Notes under the pieces: generated by a model
The model's input: only the letters and a program-made list of their open reading frames with translations
Databases searched by the model: none
What the model was told of the DNA's origin: nothing
Position numbers and translations under genes: made by a program
From: Sulfurospirillaceae bacterium
GTDB lineage: Bacteria > Campylobacterota > Campylobacteria > Campylobacterales > Sulfurospirillaceae
DNA length: 64,000 nucleotides
Assembly: GCA_033723415.1 (NCBI GenBank)
Contig: JAWVXD010000006.1
Location: 64,001-128,000, forward strand
Reading direction: 5' to 3'
Part shown: positions 1 to 10,805 of the stretch, piece after piece
How the letters are laid out: the number at the start of each line of letters is the position of its first letter
How positions within the stretch are numbered: the first letter of the stretch is position 1

Positions 1-936
1 TTCTCTTATAGCAGGCTCTATTGGTATTTCACCTAAGATCACAGTATTAAATTTATCTGCCAAAGGCTTCGTTGTACCTTTTCCAAAGATATCATATTCT
101 TTATTGGTTTCAGGACATATAAATCCACTCATATTTTCCATTATACCTGCAATTGGAATGTGAAGTTTTTTGAACATATCTAAACTTCTCTCAGTATCAT
201 CAAGTGCGACTTGTTGTGGCGTGGTAACACAGATTCCTGTGGTCACAGGTACACTTTGTGCCAAAGTAAGCTGTGCATCACCTGTTCCGGGAGGCATGTC
301 GATAAACAATACATCCAGATCACTCCAAAGTATATCACGAAGAAGTTGCTCGATCGCTTTCATGATCATAGCGCCTCTCCAGATAAGTGATTGACCTTCT
401 TCCATCAAACTTCCCATACTCATCATCTCTACGCCGTGAGCCAGGATAGGTTTTACTTTATTTCCTACTACTTCAGGATTTTTACCGACTGTTCCCATCA
501 TACGAGGTACATTTGGTCCGTAAATATCAGCATCAAGTAGTCCGACTTTTTTACCTTGGCTAGCCAATGCGATAGCAAGATTTACAGTTGTAGTAGTTTT
601 ACCTACTCCGCCTTTACCGGAACTTACCATGACAAAGTTTTTGACATGAGGAGCGATGTTTTTACCGCTTTGAGAATTGCTTTTTTGTGCCGGTGCTTTT
701 GGCTGCTTTATAGCTATATCAACTCTTTGGGCTCCGATAGAAGTCAATTTGGCATCTATATCTTTTTTCAACTCTTTTGCAACATCTTCACTTGATGAGA
801 CTATATCCAATTCTACATATACATTGTTATCTTTTATATCAATGTCTTTTACAAAACCAAAAGCTACTATATCTTTTTCAAATCCGGGGTAAATAACCTC
901 TTTTAGCTTTTCGTTTACACTGTTTTTATCTAACAT
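1..936 (-). CDS. mrp: Mrp/NBP35 (ApbC) Fe-S carrier ATPase, 3' end beyond window start
   Basis: Read by hand from ATG at 936: MLDKNSVNEKL..YPGFEKDIV..SSGKGGVGKTT..DADIYGPN..DMPPGTGD. Missing from the ORF track because it is truncated. Confidence 0.93.
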   Translation of the reverse strand, partial: MLDKNSVNEKLKEVIYPGFEKDIVAFGFVKDIDIKDNNVYVELDIVSSSEDVAKELKKDIDAKLTSIGAQRVDIAIKQPKAPAQKSNSQSGKNIAPHVKNFVMVSSGKGGVGKTTTTVNLAIALASQGKKVGLLDADIYGPNVPRMMGTVGKNPEVVGNKVKPILAHGVEMMSMGSLMEEGQSLIWRGAMIMKAIEQLLRDILWSDLDVLFIDMPPGTGDAQLTLAQSVPVTTGICVTTPQQVALDDTERSLDMFKKLHIPIAGIMENMSGFICPETNKEYDIFGKGTTKPLADKFNTVILGEIPIEPAIRE

Positions 937-1122
937 AAAAATTGCTCCTTGTTGTTTGTATTTTACTTTTTTATCCAATTTCCACATTTAGTCTGAATGA
1001 GTCAAACCAAATTTTCTCACTAAAACTTATATGCTTTAGTAGATGGAATTTATCACAAAAAAGATAAAAAAAAGCTTTTGTAGTGTATAATATCGTAACA
1101 CTTTATCTAAAAAGGACAAAAA

Positions 1123-2247
1123 TTGCCTGATTTGTCTCTTATTATGTTGGGAGCCGGAAATTCGTCAAGATTTGAGCATATTGTGAAAAAGCAATGGCTT
1201 CGTTTTGGGGAGATTCCTCTTTGGCTTTATTCAACAAACAATATAACCGAAAAACTTAAATTTGATAAAGTCATCATTGCCGGACATAAAGAAGAATTAA
1301 GCTATATGAAAAGATTTGATGATTCACACATATTTGTAGAAGGAGGAGATTCAAGACAAGAATCACTTAAAAATGCTCTTGCCTATGTAGATACTCCTTA
1401 TGTTTTGGTTAGCGACATAGCAAGGATATGTATAAGTGAGGATATGCTGCAAAGGATAAACTCTCAAAAAGGCAAAAGTGACATCATCGTACCATATCTT
1501 GAAGTAAGTGATACGGTCGTATATGATGATACTACTATTGATAGAGAAAAAGTAAAACTCATACAAACCCCGCAACTATCAAAAACTAAAATTTTAAGAT
1601 CTGCCCTCAATACGGATAAGACATATACTGATGACAGCAGTGCAATAAAAGCCGTAGGCGGAACAGTTTTATTTGTCAAAGGAGAAAATAAAGCAAAAAA
1701 ATTAACAAGGATTAGCGATCTTTCCGATATCATGTGCAAAAATGCTCCTTCAAAAAATATTTTTGTCGGAAATGGTTTTGACGTACATGAATTTGAAAAT
1801 GCAAAACCTATGATGCTTGGAGGCATAAAAGTTTGCGATGATCTGGGTTTTAAGGCACACTCCGATGGAGATGTTGCTATCCATGCCCTGATAGACTCAA
1901 TCCTTGGGGCAATAGGAGCAGGAGACATTGGAGAACTTTTTCCTGATGATGACGCAAAGTTTAAAAATATAGACTCCAAAGAGCTTTTAAAAAGAGTTTA
2001 CAAATTTATAACAAACGTCGGATTTGAGATTATCAATTGTGACATCACCATAATGGCACAAACTCCTAAAATAGGAGATTTAAAAAAAGAGATGGCAAAA
2101 ACAATAGCAAAGATATTAAATGTAAAAACTATATGCATAAATGTTAAAGCGACAACAACAGAAAAATTGGGTTTTATAGGCAGAAAAGAGGGAGTTGCCG
2201 TAAATGCAACTTCAACATTAAAATACATAGATTGGACGACCATATGA
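1123..2247 (+). CDS. ispDF: bifunctional IspD/IspF
   Basis: GAGNSSRF and QTPQ (IspD); GFDVH, HSDGDVAIHA, GDIG, KATTTEKLGFIGRKEG (IspF). Confidence 0.96.
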   Translation: MPDLSLIMLGAGNSSRFEHIVKKQWLRFGEIPLWLYSTNNITEKLKFDKVIIAGHKEELSYMKRFDDSHIFVEGGDSRQESLKNALAYVDTPYVLVSDIARICISEDMLQRINSQKGKSDIIVPYLEVSDTVVYDDTTIDREKVKLIQTPQLSKTKILRSALNTDKTYTDDSSAIKAVGGTVLFVKGENKAKKLTRISDLSDIMCKNAPSKNIFVGNGFDVHEFENAKPMMLGGIKVCDDLGFKAHSDGDVAIHALIDSILGAIGAGDIGELFPDDDAKFKNIDSKELLKRVYKFITNVGFEIINCDITIMAQTPKIGDLKKEMAKTIAKILNVKTICINVKATTTEKLGFIGRKEGVAVNATSTLKYIDWTTI

Positions 2248-3131
2248 AGATTCTCATAGTTGAAAATGAAATTTATCTAGCTCAAAGTATAGCTTCAAAG
2301 CTAACAACACTTGGATATTATTGTGATATAGCAACAACGATAAAGGATGCTATAACAGAAGAAAAATACGACTCTGTCCTACTCTCGACAAATGTTTCCG
2401 GACAAAACTTTTATCCCGTTATAAAAAAGCATCAATCCAGCATAATCATTCTCATGATATCTTATATCAGTAATGACACTGTCTCCAACCCAATAAAAGC
2501 CGGGGCTCATGATTACATCCAAAAACCTTTTATGATAGAGGAGTTAGTACGCAAATTAAAACATTTAAACGATCATGACACTCTCAAAAAAGAGAACGAA
2601 ACGTTCAAAGACTATCTTTCACATACTTTTGAAAGTACAAATCTGCCAAAGATAAACACAAAAGTCCACTTTCCTGCGATCATAAAAACAAACTCACAGA
2701 AAATGGCTGATGCTCTTGTTTTTGACTATTGCTCAAACATAGGAAAATCTTTTACATTTATTTCACTGACCAGTTCAAATGCCATAGAGCAAATATTGAG
2801 AGCAAAATCCGATGAGATAATCTATCTAGTTGAACTGCAAAAACTGAAAAAAAGTGAAAAAGCAAAGATCTTTAATGCTATAGAAGGTAAGAAGGTTTTT
2901 ATATCTACTACGGACACAACCGAGAATGCTCCGTATTTTTATATAGAAGTAAATAACAATAACAAAATATTAAACCAAGGCGAAATTTTATCTATAGATG
3001 ATTATGTCAAATATATAATATTAAATTTTCAAAATAAATTTCCTGATACGGAATTATCAAAAAAACTCGGAATTTCAAGAAAAAGCCTTTGGGAAAAAAG
3101 GAAAAAATATGGAATCAACAAAAAAGTATAG
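2244..3131 (+). CDS. atypical response regulator with C-terminal Fis-type HTH (HP1021/Cj1608-like)
   Basis: Receiver domain KILIVENE..LLST (phosphoacceptor Asp absent), KPF; C-terminal LSKKLGISRKSLWEK. Start moved to the ATG overlapping the ispDF stop. Confidence 0.8.
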   Translation: MKILIVENEIYLAQSIASKLTTLGYYCDIATTIKDAITEEKYDSVLLSTNVSGQNFYPVIKKHQSSIIILMISYISNDTVSNPIKAGAHDYIQKPFMIEELVRKLKHLNDHDTLKKENETFKDYLSHTFESTNLPKINTKVHFPAIIKTNSQKMADALVFDYCSNIGKSFTFISLTSSNAIEQILRAKSDEIIYLVELQKLKKSEKAKIFNAIEGKKVFISTTDTTENAPYFYIEVNNNNKILNQGEILSIDDYVKYIILNFQNKFPDTELSKKLGISRKSLWEKRKKYGINKKV

Positions 3132-4299
3132 AAGAATACAACTTGATAGGCAAGCACTTGCCACACTCTCTTTTGCGCAAGAGGGGATCTTCAAACCGGT
3201 AGATAGACTTATGAATAAAGATGAAGCTATAGAAGTGGACAATACCGGCTTCTATAAGGGGAAACCTTTCCCTTTTCCTTTTATCTTGGCACCGGCAGGA
3301 TTAAAAAATGAAGAAGTAATATCAAGTGTAACTCCAGGTGAGAGAATAGATATAGAGGTCAATGGCGAGATCAGAGGATACATCATAGCAGAAGGATTCT
3401 TTGAAGTCGACAGAAGACGAAGAATTGAGCAAATATTCGGAAATTACGATACAAATAACGAAGCAACTATAGAATTTTTGCACAGACTAGGCAAATACTC
3501 GATTTTTGGAGATTACAAGGTTGATTTTGAAGATATTAAAAATGTCAAAAATCAAATAAAGAAGGCAATAAAAGAATCAGCTGCCAAAAGCGTAGCAGCG
3601 ATCATGCTAAAAGCAAACCCTTTCCACAGAGCTCATGAGAGATTGTTACGTATAACCTTGGAAAAAAGTGATTTGCTGGTAGTCTTTTTATCAAAACCTG
3701 CAACAGAAGGCATACTTTCATACGAGCTAAGATACAAAGCTTTAAAATATTTTGCGGATAATTACTTTCCAAAGAATAAAGTTTTGATAGTTCCTTTTGA
3801 AAGTACATACTTATTTGCAGGGTATAATGATGCCATACTTGATTGTATTTGTGCAAATAATTTTGGATGTAACAAATTTATCATAGGTAAAAATCATACC
3901 GGTATAGGCATGTATTATGATAAGAACCAAATAAAATCTATTCTCAGTAAGTATGAATCACTTGATATTGAGATCGAGGTCATATCCAGATTTGTTTATT
4001 GTCAAGAGTGTAAGACCTTGGTAAATACGAATACCTGTCCTCATGGTTCTCACAAACATATCAAATATAATGCAAGGGCACTTTTGGAGTTTTTCAAAGC
4101 AGGGATTTTACCGCCTGCGATGCTCATGAGAACAAATATATCCTCTATGATACTGAGTGAGCTCATGCCAAACAGATTTAAAAATATCAGTCAATTATAT
4201 GATGATATTTTTCCAAATGAAGGCTTACTGGAAAATCACACTGAAGAAGAGTTTTATAAAAACCTGCTGAAGCTTCACCAAACAACATCTTTGACTTAG
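3109..4299 (+). CDS. sulfate adenylyltransferase-like protein (divergent Sat family)
   Basis: NPFHRAHE (HxxH), NFGCNKFIIGKNH, Zn-site-like CQEC..CPH. Confidence 0.75.
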   Translation: MESTKKYRRIQLDRQALATLSFAQEGIFKPVDRLMNKDEAIEVDNTGFYKGKPFPFPFILAPAGLKNEEVISSVTPGERIDIEVNGEIRGYIIAEGFFEVDRRRRIEQIFGNYDTNNEATIEFLHRLGKYSIFGDYKVDFEDIKNVKNQIKKAIKESAAKSVAAIMLKANPFHRAHERLLRITLEKSDLLVVFLSKPATEGILSYELRYKALKYFADNYFPKNKVLIVPFESTYLFAGYNDAILDCICANNFGCNKFIIGKNHTGIGMYYDKNQIKSILSKYESLDIEIEVISRFVYCQECKTLVNTNTCPHGSHKHIKYNARALLEFFKAGILPPAMLMRTNISSMILSELMPNRFKNISQLYDDIFPNEGLLENHTEEEFYKNLLKLHQTTSLT

Positions 4300-4307
4300 G
4301 CGATAAT

Positions 4308-4784
4308 ATGAGAAAATTATTTTTGACTTTTTTTTACAGTGGACTTTCTCCTTATGCCCCGGGTACTGCAGGAAGTATTGTTGCAAGCATCTTAGGATTT
4401 GCTATATTACAGTATTTTCCGATGCAAACGCTTTTTTTGCTTACTATTCTCTTTACTATAGTAGGGATAAGAGAGATCAACATATATGAAAAAATAACCG
4501 GCACTCATGATGACAAAAGCATCGTAATAGATGAAGTTGTAGGTGTCTGGCTTGCATTTGTTTTAAGCTCTGCGACTATGACTCAAATGATACTAAGTCT
4601 TGTGTATTTTAGGATATTTGACATCTGGAAACCTTCGATCATAGGAAAGATAGACAAAAACGTAAAAGGCGGTCTGGGAGTCATGGGAGATGATATCTTA
4701 GCAGGTATCTTGGCCGGCATTTGTAGTGCAGGAACATGGCAGTTTATCCTATATCTGTCTAAAACCATCCCGTTCAAACTGTAG
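4308..4784 (+). CDS. pgpA: phosphatidylglycerophosphatase A
   Basis: APGTAGS, IVIDEVVG, FRIFDIWKP, GVMGDDILAG. Confidence 0.95.
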   Translation: MRKLFLTFFYSGLSPYAPGTAGSIVASILGFAILQYFPMQTLFLLTILFTIVGIREINIYEKITGTHDDKSIVIDEVVGVWLAFVLSSATMTQMILSLVYFRIFDIWKPSIIGKIDKNVKGGLGVMGDDILAGILAGICSAGTWQFILYLSKTIPFKL

Positions 4785-5336
4785 AGCGAAATCCAAAAAG
4801 AGATCTTTTTCACTTTCGCTCAAGCTTACTTCCCACTCGATACCCTCACCAAGATATGCTCTTTTAGGAAACGATATATTTTCGTTTTCGAAAAAGTGCT
4901 CAAATCTTGAAACCAGATTGTAAACAGTATAAAATCTTACATTTTCCTTTTTTTCATAAGGTAAAAGTCTGGCGCTCTCTATAACATTTTTTGCAATACT
5001 TCCATAAGCCCTTACCAATCCTCCGGTTCCAAGCTTGATACCGCCAAAATATCTGACGATCAAAATCCCGCATTCTATGAGCTCAGCACCTCTCATAACA
5101 TTGAGTACGGGAGGTCCGGAGGTTCCTTTTGGCTCTCCATCATCGCTACTGTTTTCCACGATTTGATCAAATTCATTTAAATAGCGTTTTGCCCAAACTA
5201 TATGTCTGGCTTTTGGATGTTCAACTTTTAATCTTGCATGAATTGTTTCAAAGTCTGAGATAGGAATCAGATAGGCTATAAAAGATGACTTTTTAATTTC
5301 TATCTGTTCATTAAATTCATCTTTTACGCTTTGCAC
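4749..5336 (-). CDS. yigZ: YigZ/IMPACT family protein
   Basis: IKKSSFIA, SDDGEPKGTSG, RYFGGIKLGTGGLVRAY. Confidence 0.93.
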   Translation of the reverse strand: MQSVKDEFNEQIEIKKSSFIAYLIPISDFETIHARLKVEHPKARHIVWAKRYLNEFDQIVENSSDDGEPKGTSGPPVLNVMRGAELIECGILIVRYFGGIKLGTGGLVRAYGSIAKNVIESARLLPYEKKENVRFYTVYNLVSRFEHFFENENISFPKRAYLGEGIEWEVSLSESEKDLFLDFALQFERDGFRQI

Positions 5337-5372
5337 CTATCAATTCCTTTGTCATTTCTAATAAATACTGTT

Positions 5373-6221
5373 CTATCTCAATAACTGAATGTCAGCTTTT
5401 ATGTCTGCCGGTTTACCGAAATACAAAGAAGATGTCACAAGTAGATCAGCCCCACAAGCTGAGATCTCTTTTACATTCTGCATGTTTATACCGCCTGCAG
5501 CACTGATTCTTGTATTGGGAGATATCTCTTTTATCTGTTTTACTGCTGTTTTCAAATCTTCGATGCTAAATTTATCCAACTGTATGATATCTACATTTGC
5601 TTTAGCCAATTTTAGTGCATCTTCTATATTATGAGCCTCTACGGCTATCATCTTTTCACACGCTTTTTGCTTGAGCTCTTTTAAATTATCTATAAATTTG
5701 TCTAATCCACCGTAAAATCTCAAATGTTCTTCAAACACCAAAATACTCTCTCCAAGTCCTAATCTGTGTGGATACGCACCACCGACCAAGACTGCTTTTG
5801 TAGCTAGTTGCTTAGTGCCTGGAAAAATTTTTCTTGTTGTAACAATTTCGACTTTTGGATTGACGTCCTTTGCTGATTCAACGAATTTCTGGACTCTAGT
5901 GGCAACTCCTGAGGCATTTTCAAGTATATTTACACAAACCTTCCATACCAGATGTAAAGCATCTGCTCTGCCTTTTGCTTGCAGTAATACTTCGCCTTTT
6001 TTCAAAAAAGTTCCTGATCTTTTGTAGTTCAAAACTTCTAGATCATACTTGTCAAATATTTTTTTGACCTCTTCCGTACCGCAAACGCAAATATTTTCTC
6101 GTGCTATATAACTGATACTTCCACTTTGTTCTTCTATACCCAAGATATGGCTCGTTAAGTCAATATAAGGCACATCTTCGTCTATAAATCGCTCCAAAAC
6201 ACTATCGTTTATATTTACCAT
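5373..6221 (-). CDS. modD: ModD (NadC/ModD family) protein
   Basis: EDVPYIDLT, TTRKIFPG, HRLGLGESILVFEEH, QLDKF. Confidence 0.85.
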   Translation of the reverse strand: MVNINDSVLERFIDEDVPYIDLTSHILGIEEQSGSISYIARENICVCGTEEVKKIFDKYDLEVLNYKRSGTFLKKGEVLLQAKGRADALHLVWKVCVNILENASGVATRVQKFVESAKDVNPKVEIVTTRKIFPGTKQLATKAVLVGGAYPHRLGLGESILVFEEHLRFYGGLDKFIDNLKELKQKACEKMIAVEAHNIEDALKLAKANVDIIQLDKFSIEDLKTAVKQIKEISPNTRISAAGGINMQNVKEISACGADLLVTSSLYFGKPADIKADIQLLR

Positions 6222-6230
6222 GACCCCTCT

Positions 6231-6971
6231 TTACATCTTTCTTGCTTTTTCATATGATGCACGCATTGCTTTTATGAAACTATCGCGCACGGCTCCCTCT
6301 TCCAAAGCAGCAATACCTGCTATCGTAGTTCCGTTTGGTGATGTCACTTGATCTTTTAATATCGCAGGATGAACATCTTGCAGTGCAATACCTACACCTT
6401 CAAATAAAGCAGATATGAATTCATAGGTCACATCTCTTTTGAGTCCCAGATTTACAGCACCGTCACTCAGCGATTCTGCCACCATGGCAAGCCAAGCAGG
6501 AGCCGAACCGGCAAGAGCAGAAGCGATGTCCAGTTCATTTTCGCTTTTTAACCAAAAGCATTTACCTATAGAGCTTAAGATCTCCATAGCATCATCTTTC
6601 AACTCTTCATCACCGCACAGGGAAGTTGCTGATTTTTGTACAGCTGCTGCCATATTCGGCATAGCCCTTACATAAGATTGAGCTTTAACCTTGTTTTTCA
6701 ACTTTTCTATGCTAGTACCTGCCAATATAGAGATCAAACCTTTTGCATTTCCTTCTACCTCGAACTCATCTAAAGATTGTGGTTTTATAGCAAGTATCAC
6801 TATATAATCATCAATAGATGCAACAGCATTTATTATCTGTATATTTGGATATTTTTCTTGCAATTTATTTGCTCTTTGAGTTTTTCTCTCAACAACAGTG
6901 ATGTCATATTGAGACAAACCTTTCAACATGGCCTGCCCCATATTCCCTGCACCTATTAAAAGTAATTTCAT
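6231..6971 (-). CDS. proC: pyrroline-5-carboxylate reductase
   Basis: GAGNMG, AIKPQ, RAMPN, GSAPA, VTSPNGTT. Confidence 0.96.
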   Translation of the reverse strand: MKLLLIGAGNMGQAMLKGLSQYDITVVERKTQRANKLQEKYPNIQIINAVASIDDYIVILAIKPQSLDEFEVEGNAKGLISILAGTSIEKLKNKVKAQSYVRAMPNMAAAVQKSATSLCGDEELKDDAMEILSSIGKCFWLKSENELDIASALAGSAPAWLAMVAESLSDGAVNLGLKRDVTYEFISALFEGVGIALQDVHPAILKDQVTSPNGTTIAGIAALEEGAVRDSFIKAMRASYEKARKM

Positions 6972-7108
6972 AATCTTCCTTTTTTATGTTCAAATAGTTG
7001 TTTAAAAAACCTTTGTACTATGTTTTAGTCTTAAAGATTTTTCGACAAAAGTCTCAAAAATCGTATATTTAGACTTTAAAATTTGTGATTATTATACAAC
7101 ATTTTATC

Positions 7109-7141
7109 TGTAACCGTTTTGTAACAAACTTAATATATAAT
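7109..7141 (+). promoter_or_regulatory. Pho-box-like direct repeat plus -10 element upstream of phnC
   Basis: TGTAAC at 7109 and 7120 (11-bp period), TATAAT at 7136-7141. Confidence 0.6.
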
Positions 7142-7173
7142 TCTCAAAGCACAAAAACATAGGAAAAATACTT

Positions 7174-7917
7174 ATGATCAAAATGAAAAAACTCACACTC
7201 GGATATAAGAAAGAAAAGATTTTAAACAAATTGAATCTTGAGATCAAAAAAGGAGAATTTGTAGGTATCATAGGACCTAGCGGAGCCGGAAAATCAACGC
7301 TTATGATGTCCATAGTCGGTGGTATTAAAGTATTTGACGGTGATTTTGAAGTGCTTGGATTTGATATGCACAATATAAAAAAGAAAAATTTATTTAAACT
7401 TAGAGAACAAGTCGGCATCATCTTTCAAGGCTATAATCTGGTAGAGCGCTTAAGCGTTCTTGACAATGTCATCAGCGGCATGTTAAAAGATATACCTATG
7501 CCCAGAGCCATCATAAAATACTACAAACACAAAGAACTCAAAAAAGCAAAAGAGTACATGGAGATCGTTGATATTTTGAAATATTCTAAAAATAGATGCG
7601 ATGAATTAAGCGGCGGACAGAGACAAAGAGTCGCGATCGCTAGGGCCTTGGCAGGTGAGCCCAAAATCATCCTTGCAGATGAGCCGATATCCGCACTCGA
7701 TCCTAGCAGCGCTAAAAAGGTGATGGATATCTTAAAGAAAGTCAACGAAAAATACGGTGTTACGATTGTCACCAATCTGCATCATTTGGAAGTTGCCAAA
7801 GACTACTGCGAACGAATCATTGGCGTGAATAACGGCACAGTAATCTTTGATGGTAAAAGCGGTGAATTATCTCCCAAGATAGTTGAACAAATATACACTA
7901 CCAATACCAAAAAGTAG
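7174..7917 (+). CDS. phnC: phosphonate ABC transporter ATPase
   Basis: GPSGAGKST, LSGGQRQRVAIARAL, ILADEP; operon context. Confidence 0.92.
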   Translation: MIKMKKLTLGYKKEKILNKLNLEIKKGEFVGIIGPSGAGKSTLMMSIVGGIKVFDGDFEVLGFDMHNIKKKNLFKLREQVGIIFQGYNLVERLSVLDNVISGMLKDIPMPRAIIKYYKHKELKKAKEYMEIVDILKYSKNRCDELSGGQRQRVAIARALAGEPKIILADEPISALDPSSAKKVMDILKKVNEKYGVTIVTNLHHLEVAKDYCERIIGVNNGTVIFDGKSGELSPKIVEQIYTTNTKK

Positions 7918-7947
7918 TGTAGCAAAAAATTATTAAAGGGCATATAA

Positions 7948-8823
7948 ATGAGAAGAGCATTTTTGAAAAAAGCTGTAGTTGCTACATTGGCTTTAACTTT
8001 AGGCGTATCCGCTGCTAACGCAAAACAGGCTAACTGGCCAAGTGAAATCACATATGGTGTGATCCCGGTTGCAGGTGCACAGGGTTTACAAGATACATTT
8101 GGAAAAGTTGCTGCATATTTACAAAAAGAACTCGGCATAAAAGTAAAACTAGTAACTCCTAGTGATTATGCAGGCGTTATCGTAGGTATGGCACACAAAC
8201 ATATTGATGTAGCATACTTTGGACCGAAATCATACTGTGAAGCTGCAAAAAGAGCTGGTGCAGAAGCTCTAGTAGTAGAGATTGATGCAGAAGCTGGAAT
8301 TCCTGGATATTATGGTTATATTATCACAAAAAAAGGAAGCGGACTTAAAACTTTAGCTGATATAAAAGGCAAAAAATGGGCTTTTACAGATCCTAACTCT
8401 ACAAGCGGAACACTAGTTCCTACAGTTATGTTCGCAAACAAAGGTATAAACCCGCAAACATATTTTTCAAGAGTCGTATACTCAGGTAGTCATGAAGCTT
8501 CGATTCTTTCTGTAAAAAATGGGAAAGTAGATGCTGCTTCTACAAATAATCTTGATTTCAACAGAGGACTTGGCAGACAATGGGAAGAAAGCAATTTCAA
8601 TATCATCTGGAAATCAAAACTAATCCCTGGTTCTCCAATGGCTGTAAGACGTGACCTTCCGGAATCTCTTAAAATGGCTATAAAAGGTGCTTTTATCTCT
8701 TATAATGACAAAGCAAACTTAGCTAAGATGAAAATCTTGGGATATGCTCCTGCTACAGACAGTATGTTTGACGGCGTCAGAGATATGATCAAATTCAAAG
8801 AATCTCTAAAAAAGAAAAACTAG
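7948..8823 (+). CDS. phnD: phosphonate ABC transporter substrate-binding protein
   Basis: signal peptide, DYAGV, FTDPNSTSG, SGSHEAS. Confidence 0.93.
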   Translation: MRRAFLKKAVVATLALTLGVSAANAKQANWPSEITYGVIPVAGAQGLQDTFGKVAAYLQKELGIKVKLVTPSDYAGVIVGMAHKHIDVAYFGPKSYCEAAKRAGAEALVVEIDAEAGIPGYYGYIITKKGSGLKTLADIKGKKWAFTDPNSTSGTLVPTVMFANKGINPQTYFSRVVYSGSHEASILSVKNGKVDAASTNNLDFNRGLGRQWEESNFNIIWKSKLIPGSPMAVRRDLPESLKMAIKGAFISYNDKANLAKMKILGYAPATDSMFDGVRDMIKFKESLKKKN

Positions 8824-8840
8824 ACATAACACTTTCGTCA

Positions 8841-8876
8841 GTGTATTTGCGGCAATACTCTTTGTCGCAAATACAC
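8841..8876 (+). other. 15-bp stem-loop after phnD (mRNA stabiliser or partial terminator)
   Basis: gtgtatttgcggcaa-tactct-ttgtcgcaaatacac. Confidence 0.6.
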
Positions 8877-8939
8877 ATCACTTAAATTTAAAAAAACTAA
8901 TCATATATTGTTTTTTTTAAATTTAATCAGGGAGAGATA

Positions 8940-9809
8940 ATGTCTGAAATTTTATCTATTAATAAGCTAAAAAAACAATCTACGCCGTTTAAAATATATA
9001 ATTTTGTGATAATCGCAATAATTATGTTTATCGTAGTTCAAAGTTGGATATCCACGGAAATGAGCTTTACAACACTGGCTCAAGGATGGGGAGATATGGT
9101 TTCTTATATAGTAGGAAATCCAAAGATCGAGGGAAGTAGCTATTTCCCTCCTAGCATTTACAAAAGTAGCCTCATCACATATTTTTGGGCCATGTTAGAG
9201 ACCGTTGAGATGGCTATCATTGCTTTGGTACTCTCAGTTATTATAGCTATTCCGTTATCTTACATAACATCAAGAAATATTTTAGAAGTCTTGATACCAG
9301 GCAAAACGATCTATCACTTTGTAGCACGAAGAGCTTTGTATGCAATCGGCACTTTAGTTGCAAATATATTTAGATCTGTAAATGAGCTTGTCTGGGCTTT
9401 GATATTTGTCAGTGCGGTAGGACTTGGTCCTATGGCAGGGATCATGGCACTGGGTATTCATACAACCGGAGTTTTGAGTAAGCTATTGAGCGAGGGAAAC
9501 GAAGCGATTGATCCTGGTCCCGTTGAAGCTCTGACAAACAGTGGAGCAGGTTTTATAAAAGTTTTGATATTTGCAGTTATTCCGCAAACTATGCCGCATT
9601 TTATTTCCATGACGCTGTACCGCTTTGAAAGTGATGTTAGAAGCGCATCTATATTAGGTTTCGTAGGTGCAGGCGGTATAGGATTTTATCTTTTTGACAA
9701 GCTCAGAAGTTTTGAAAATTCGGAAGTATGTACTATTTTGATCTTTATCATACTGACTGTTTGGATACTGGACAATATCAGTGCAGCTATAAGAAAAAGA
9801 TTTATATAA
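8940..9809 (+). CDS. phnE: phosphonate ABC transporter permease
   Basis: GLGPMAGIMALGIHTTG, YRFESDVRSASILGFVGAGGIG. Confidence 0.93.
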   Translation: MSEILSINKLKKQSTPFKIYNFVIIAIIMFIVVQSWISTEMSFTTLAQGWGDMVSYIVGNPKIEGSSYFPPSIYKSSLITYFWAMLETVEMAIIALVLSVIIAIPLSYITSRNILEVLIPGKTIYHFVARRALYAIGTLVANIFRSVNELVWALIFVSAVGLGPMAGIMALGIHTTGVLSKLLSEGNEAIDPGPVEALTNSGAGFIKVLIFAVIPQTMPHFISMTLYRFESDVRSASILGFVGAGGIGFYLFDKLRSFENSEVCTILIFIILTVWILDNISAAIRKRFI

Positions 9810-9833
9810 AAACACTAAAAAGGAGCAGTTGAC

Positions 9834-10262
9834 ATGCGAAGAGAAGAGTTAAATTTTATACTACAAAAAACAGATCTTAGTGAGTTAAGAGAACTGTATA
9901 AAAACATCAAAAAAAAGCATGTTGTAACAATCTTACAATCGCCGACACAACAAACACTGCTACAGCCTGTATATGATCCAATAAGCAATGGAGAATTTTA
10001 CGGTGGGGAAATACTTGTAACCACAACCATAGTAACTGTCGGAAATCAATCAAACAAAGGATGGGCAATGGTCTTAGACGATCATGAAAAATTATCTTTG
10101 TATATCGCTGTTTGTGATGGTGCTTATGCAGCCGGTTATTTTAAAGATGAGATAATCAAACTAGTAAAAGATTCAAAACGTAAAATTCTGCTGTCTCAAC
10201 TTGAAGAAAATAAAAAAGTAAACTCGACAAAAGTCAGTTTTGATCTTATGGCACAAGGATAA
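9834..10262 (+). CDS. phnG: C-P lyase subunit PhnG
   Basis: FYGGEILVT, C-terminal TKVSF; position in operon. Confidence 0.85.
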   Translation: MRREELNFILQKTDLSELRELYKNIKKKHVVTILQSPTQQTLLQPVYDPISNGEFYGGEILVTTTIVTVGNQSNKGWAMVLDDHEKLSLYIAVCDGAYAAGYFKDEIIKLVKDSKRKILLSQLEENKKVNSTKVSFDLMAQG

Positions 10263-10265
10263 ACA

Positions 10266-10805
10266 ATGCAAAAAATAGATTTAGAAAAATTAAATAGAAA
10301 AAATTTCAAGGCTTTGATGAGCGCACTATCAATGCCAGGTAATATCAAAAAAATATCTCCTCTATACAAATCTGCAATGTTAGCACTGTCCAATGTACTT
10401 TTATACAACGAAGTAACGTATTTTTTTGCAGGAGATGACAATATAAGTCTTGTTGCCGACATAACTAATCCCAAGATTGAAACTGCCCAAAATGCCGATT
10501 ATATATTTAGTGATCAAATAGATAAAGACTTACTGGAGATAGCAAAAAAAGGTACTTTCTTGAATCCTGAGTTTTCTGCTACTTTGATATTTGCTTGTAA
10601 AGATTTCAACAAGACTAAAGCCAAGATAAGCGGTCCCGGGATAAAAGAGGAGAAGGAAATATATCTGCCATGTGAGCGTGAATTCATACAAACATTAACA
10701 GAGAAAAATTCCAACTATCCACTGGGGATTGAAGTATTTTTCATAAATGAAAAAAATGAACTTATGGCGCTTAGTCGAACAACCAAAATAGAAGTAGTTT
10801 CATAA
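10266..10805 (+). CDS. phnH: C-P lyase subunit PhnH
   Basis: ALSMPG, GTFLNPEFSATL, GPGI, YPLGIE, LSRTT. Confidence 0.9.
   Translation: MQKIDLEKLNRKNFKALMSALSMPGNIKKISPLYKSAMLALSNVLLYNEVTYFFAGDDNISLVADITNPKIETAQNADYIFSDQIDKDLLEIAKKGTFLNPEFSATLIFACKDFNKTKAKISGPGIKEEKEIYLPCEREFIQTLTEKNSNYPLGIEVFFINEKNELMALSRTTKIEVVS

Noticed and set aside
170..892. three short + strand ORFs, and most short ORFs antisense to or nested in long genes across the window
   Set aside because: Shadows of mrp and other well-supported genes; no motifs or RBS.
2244..3131. response regulator lacking the phosphoacceptor Asp as a novelty
   Set aside because: Matches the known HP1021-like atypical regulators of this phylum.
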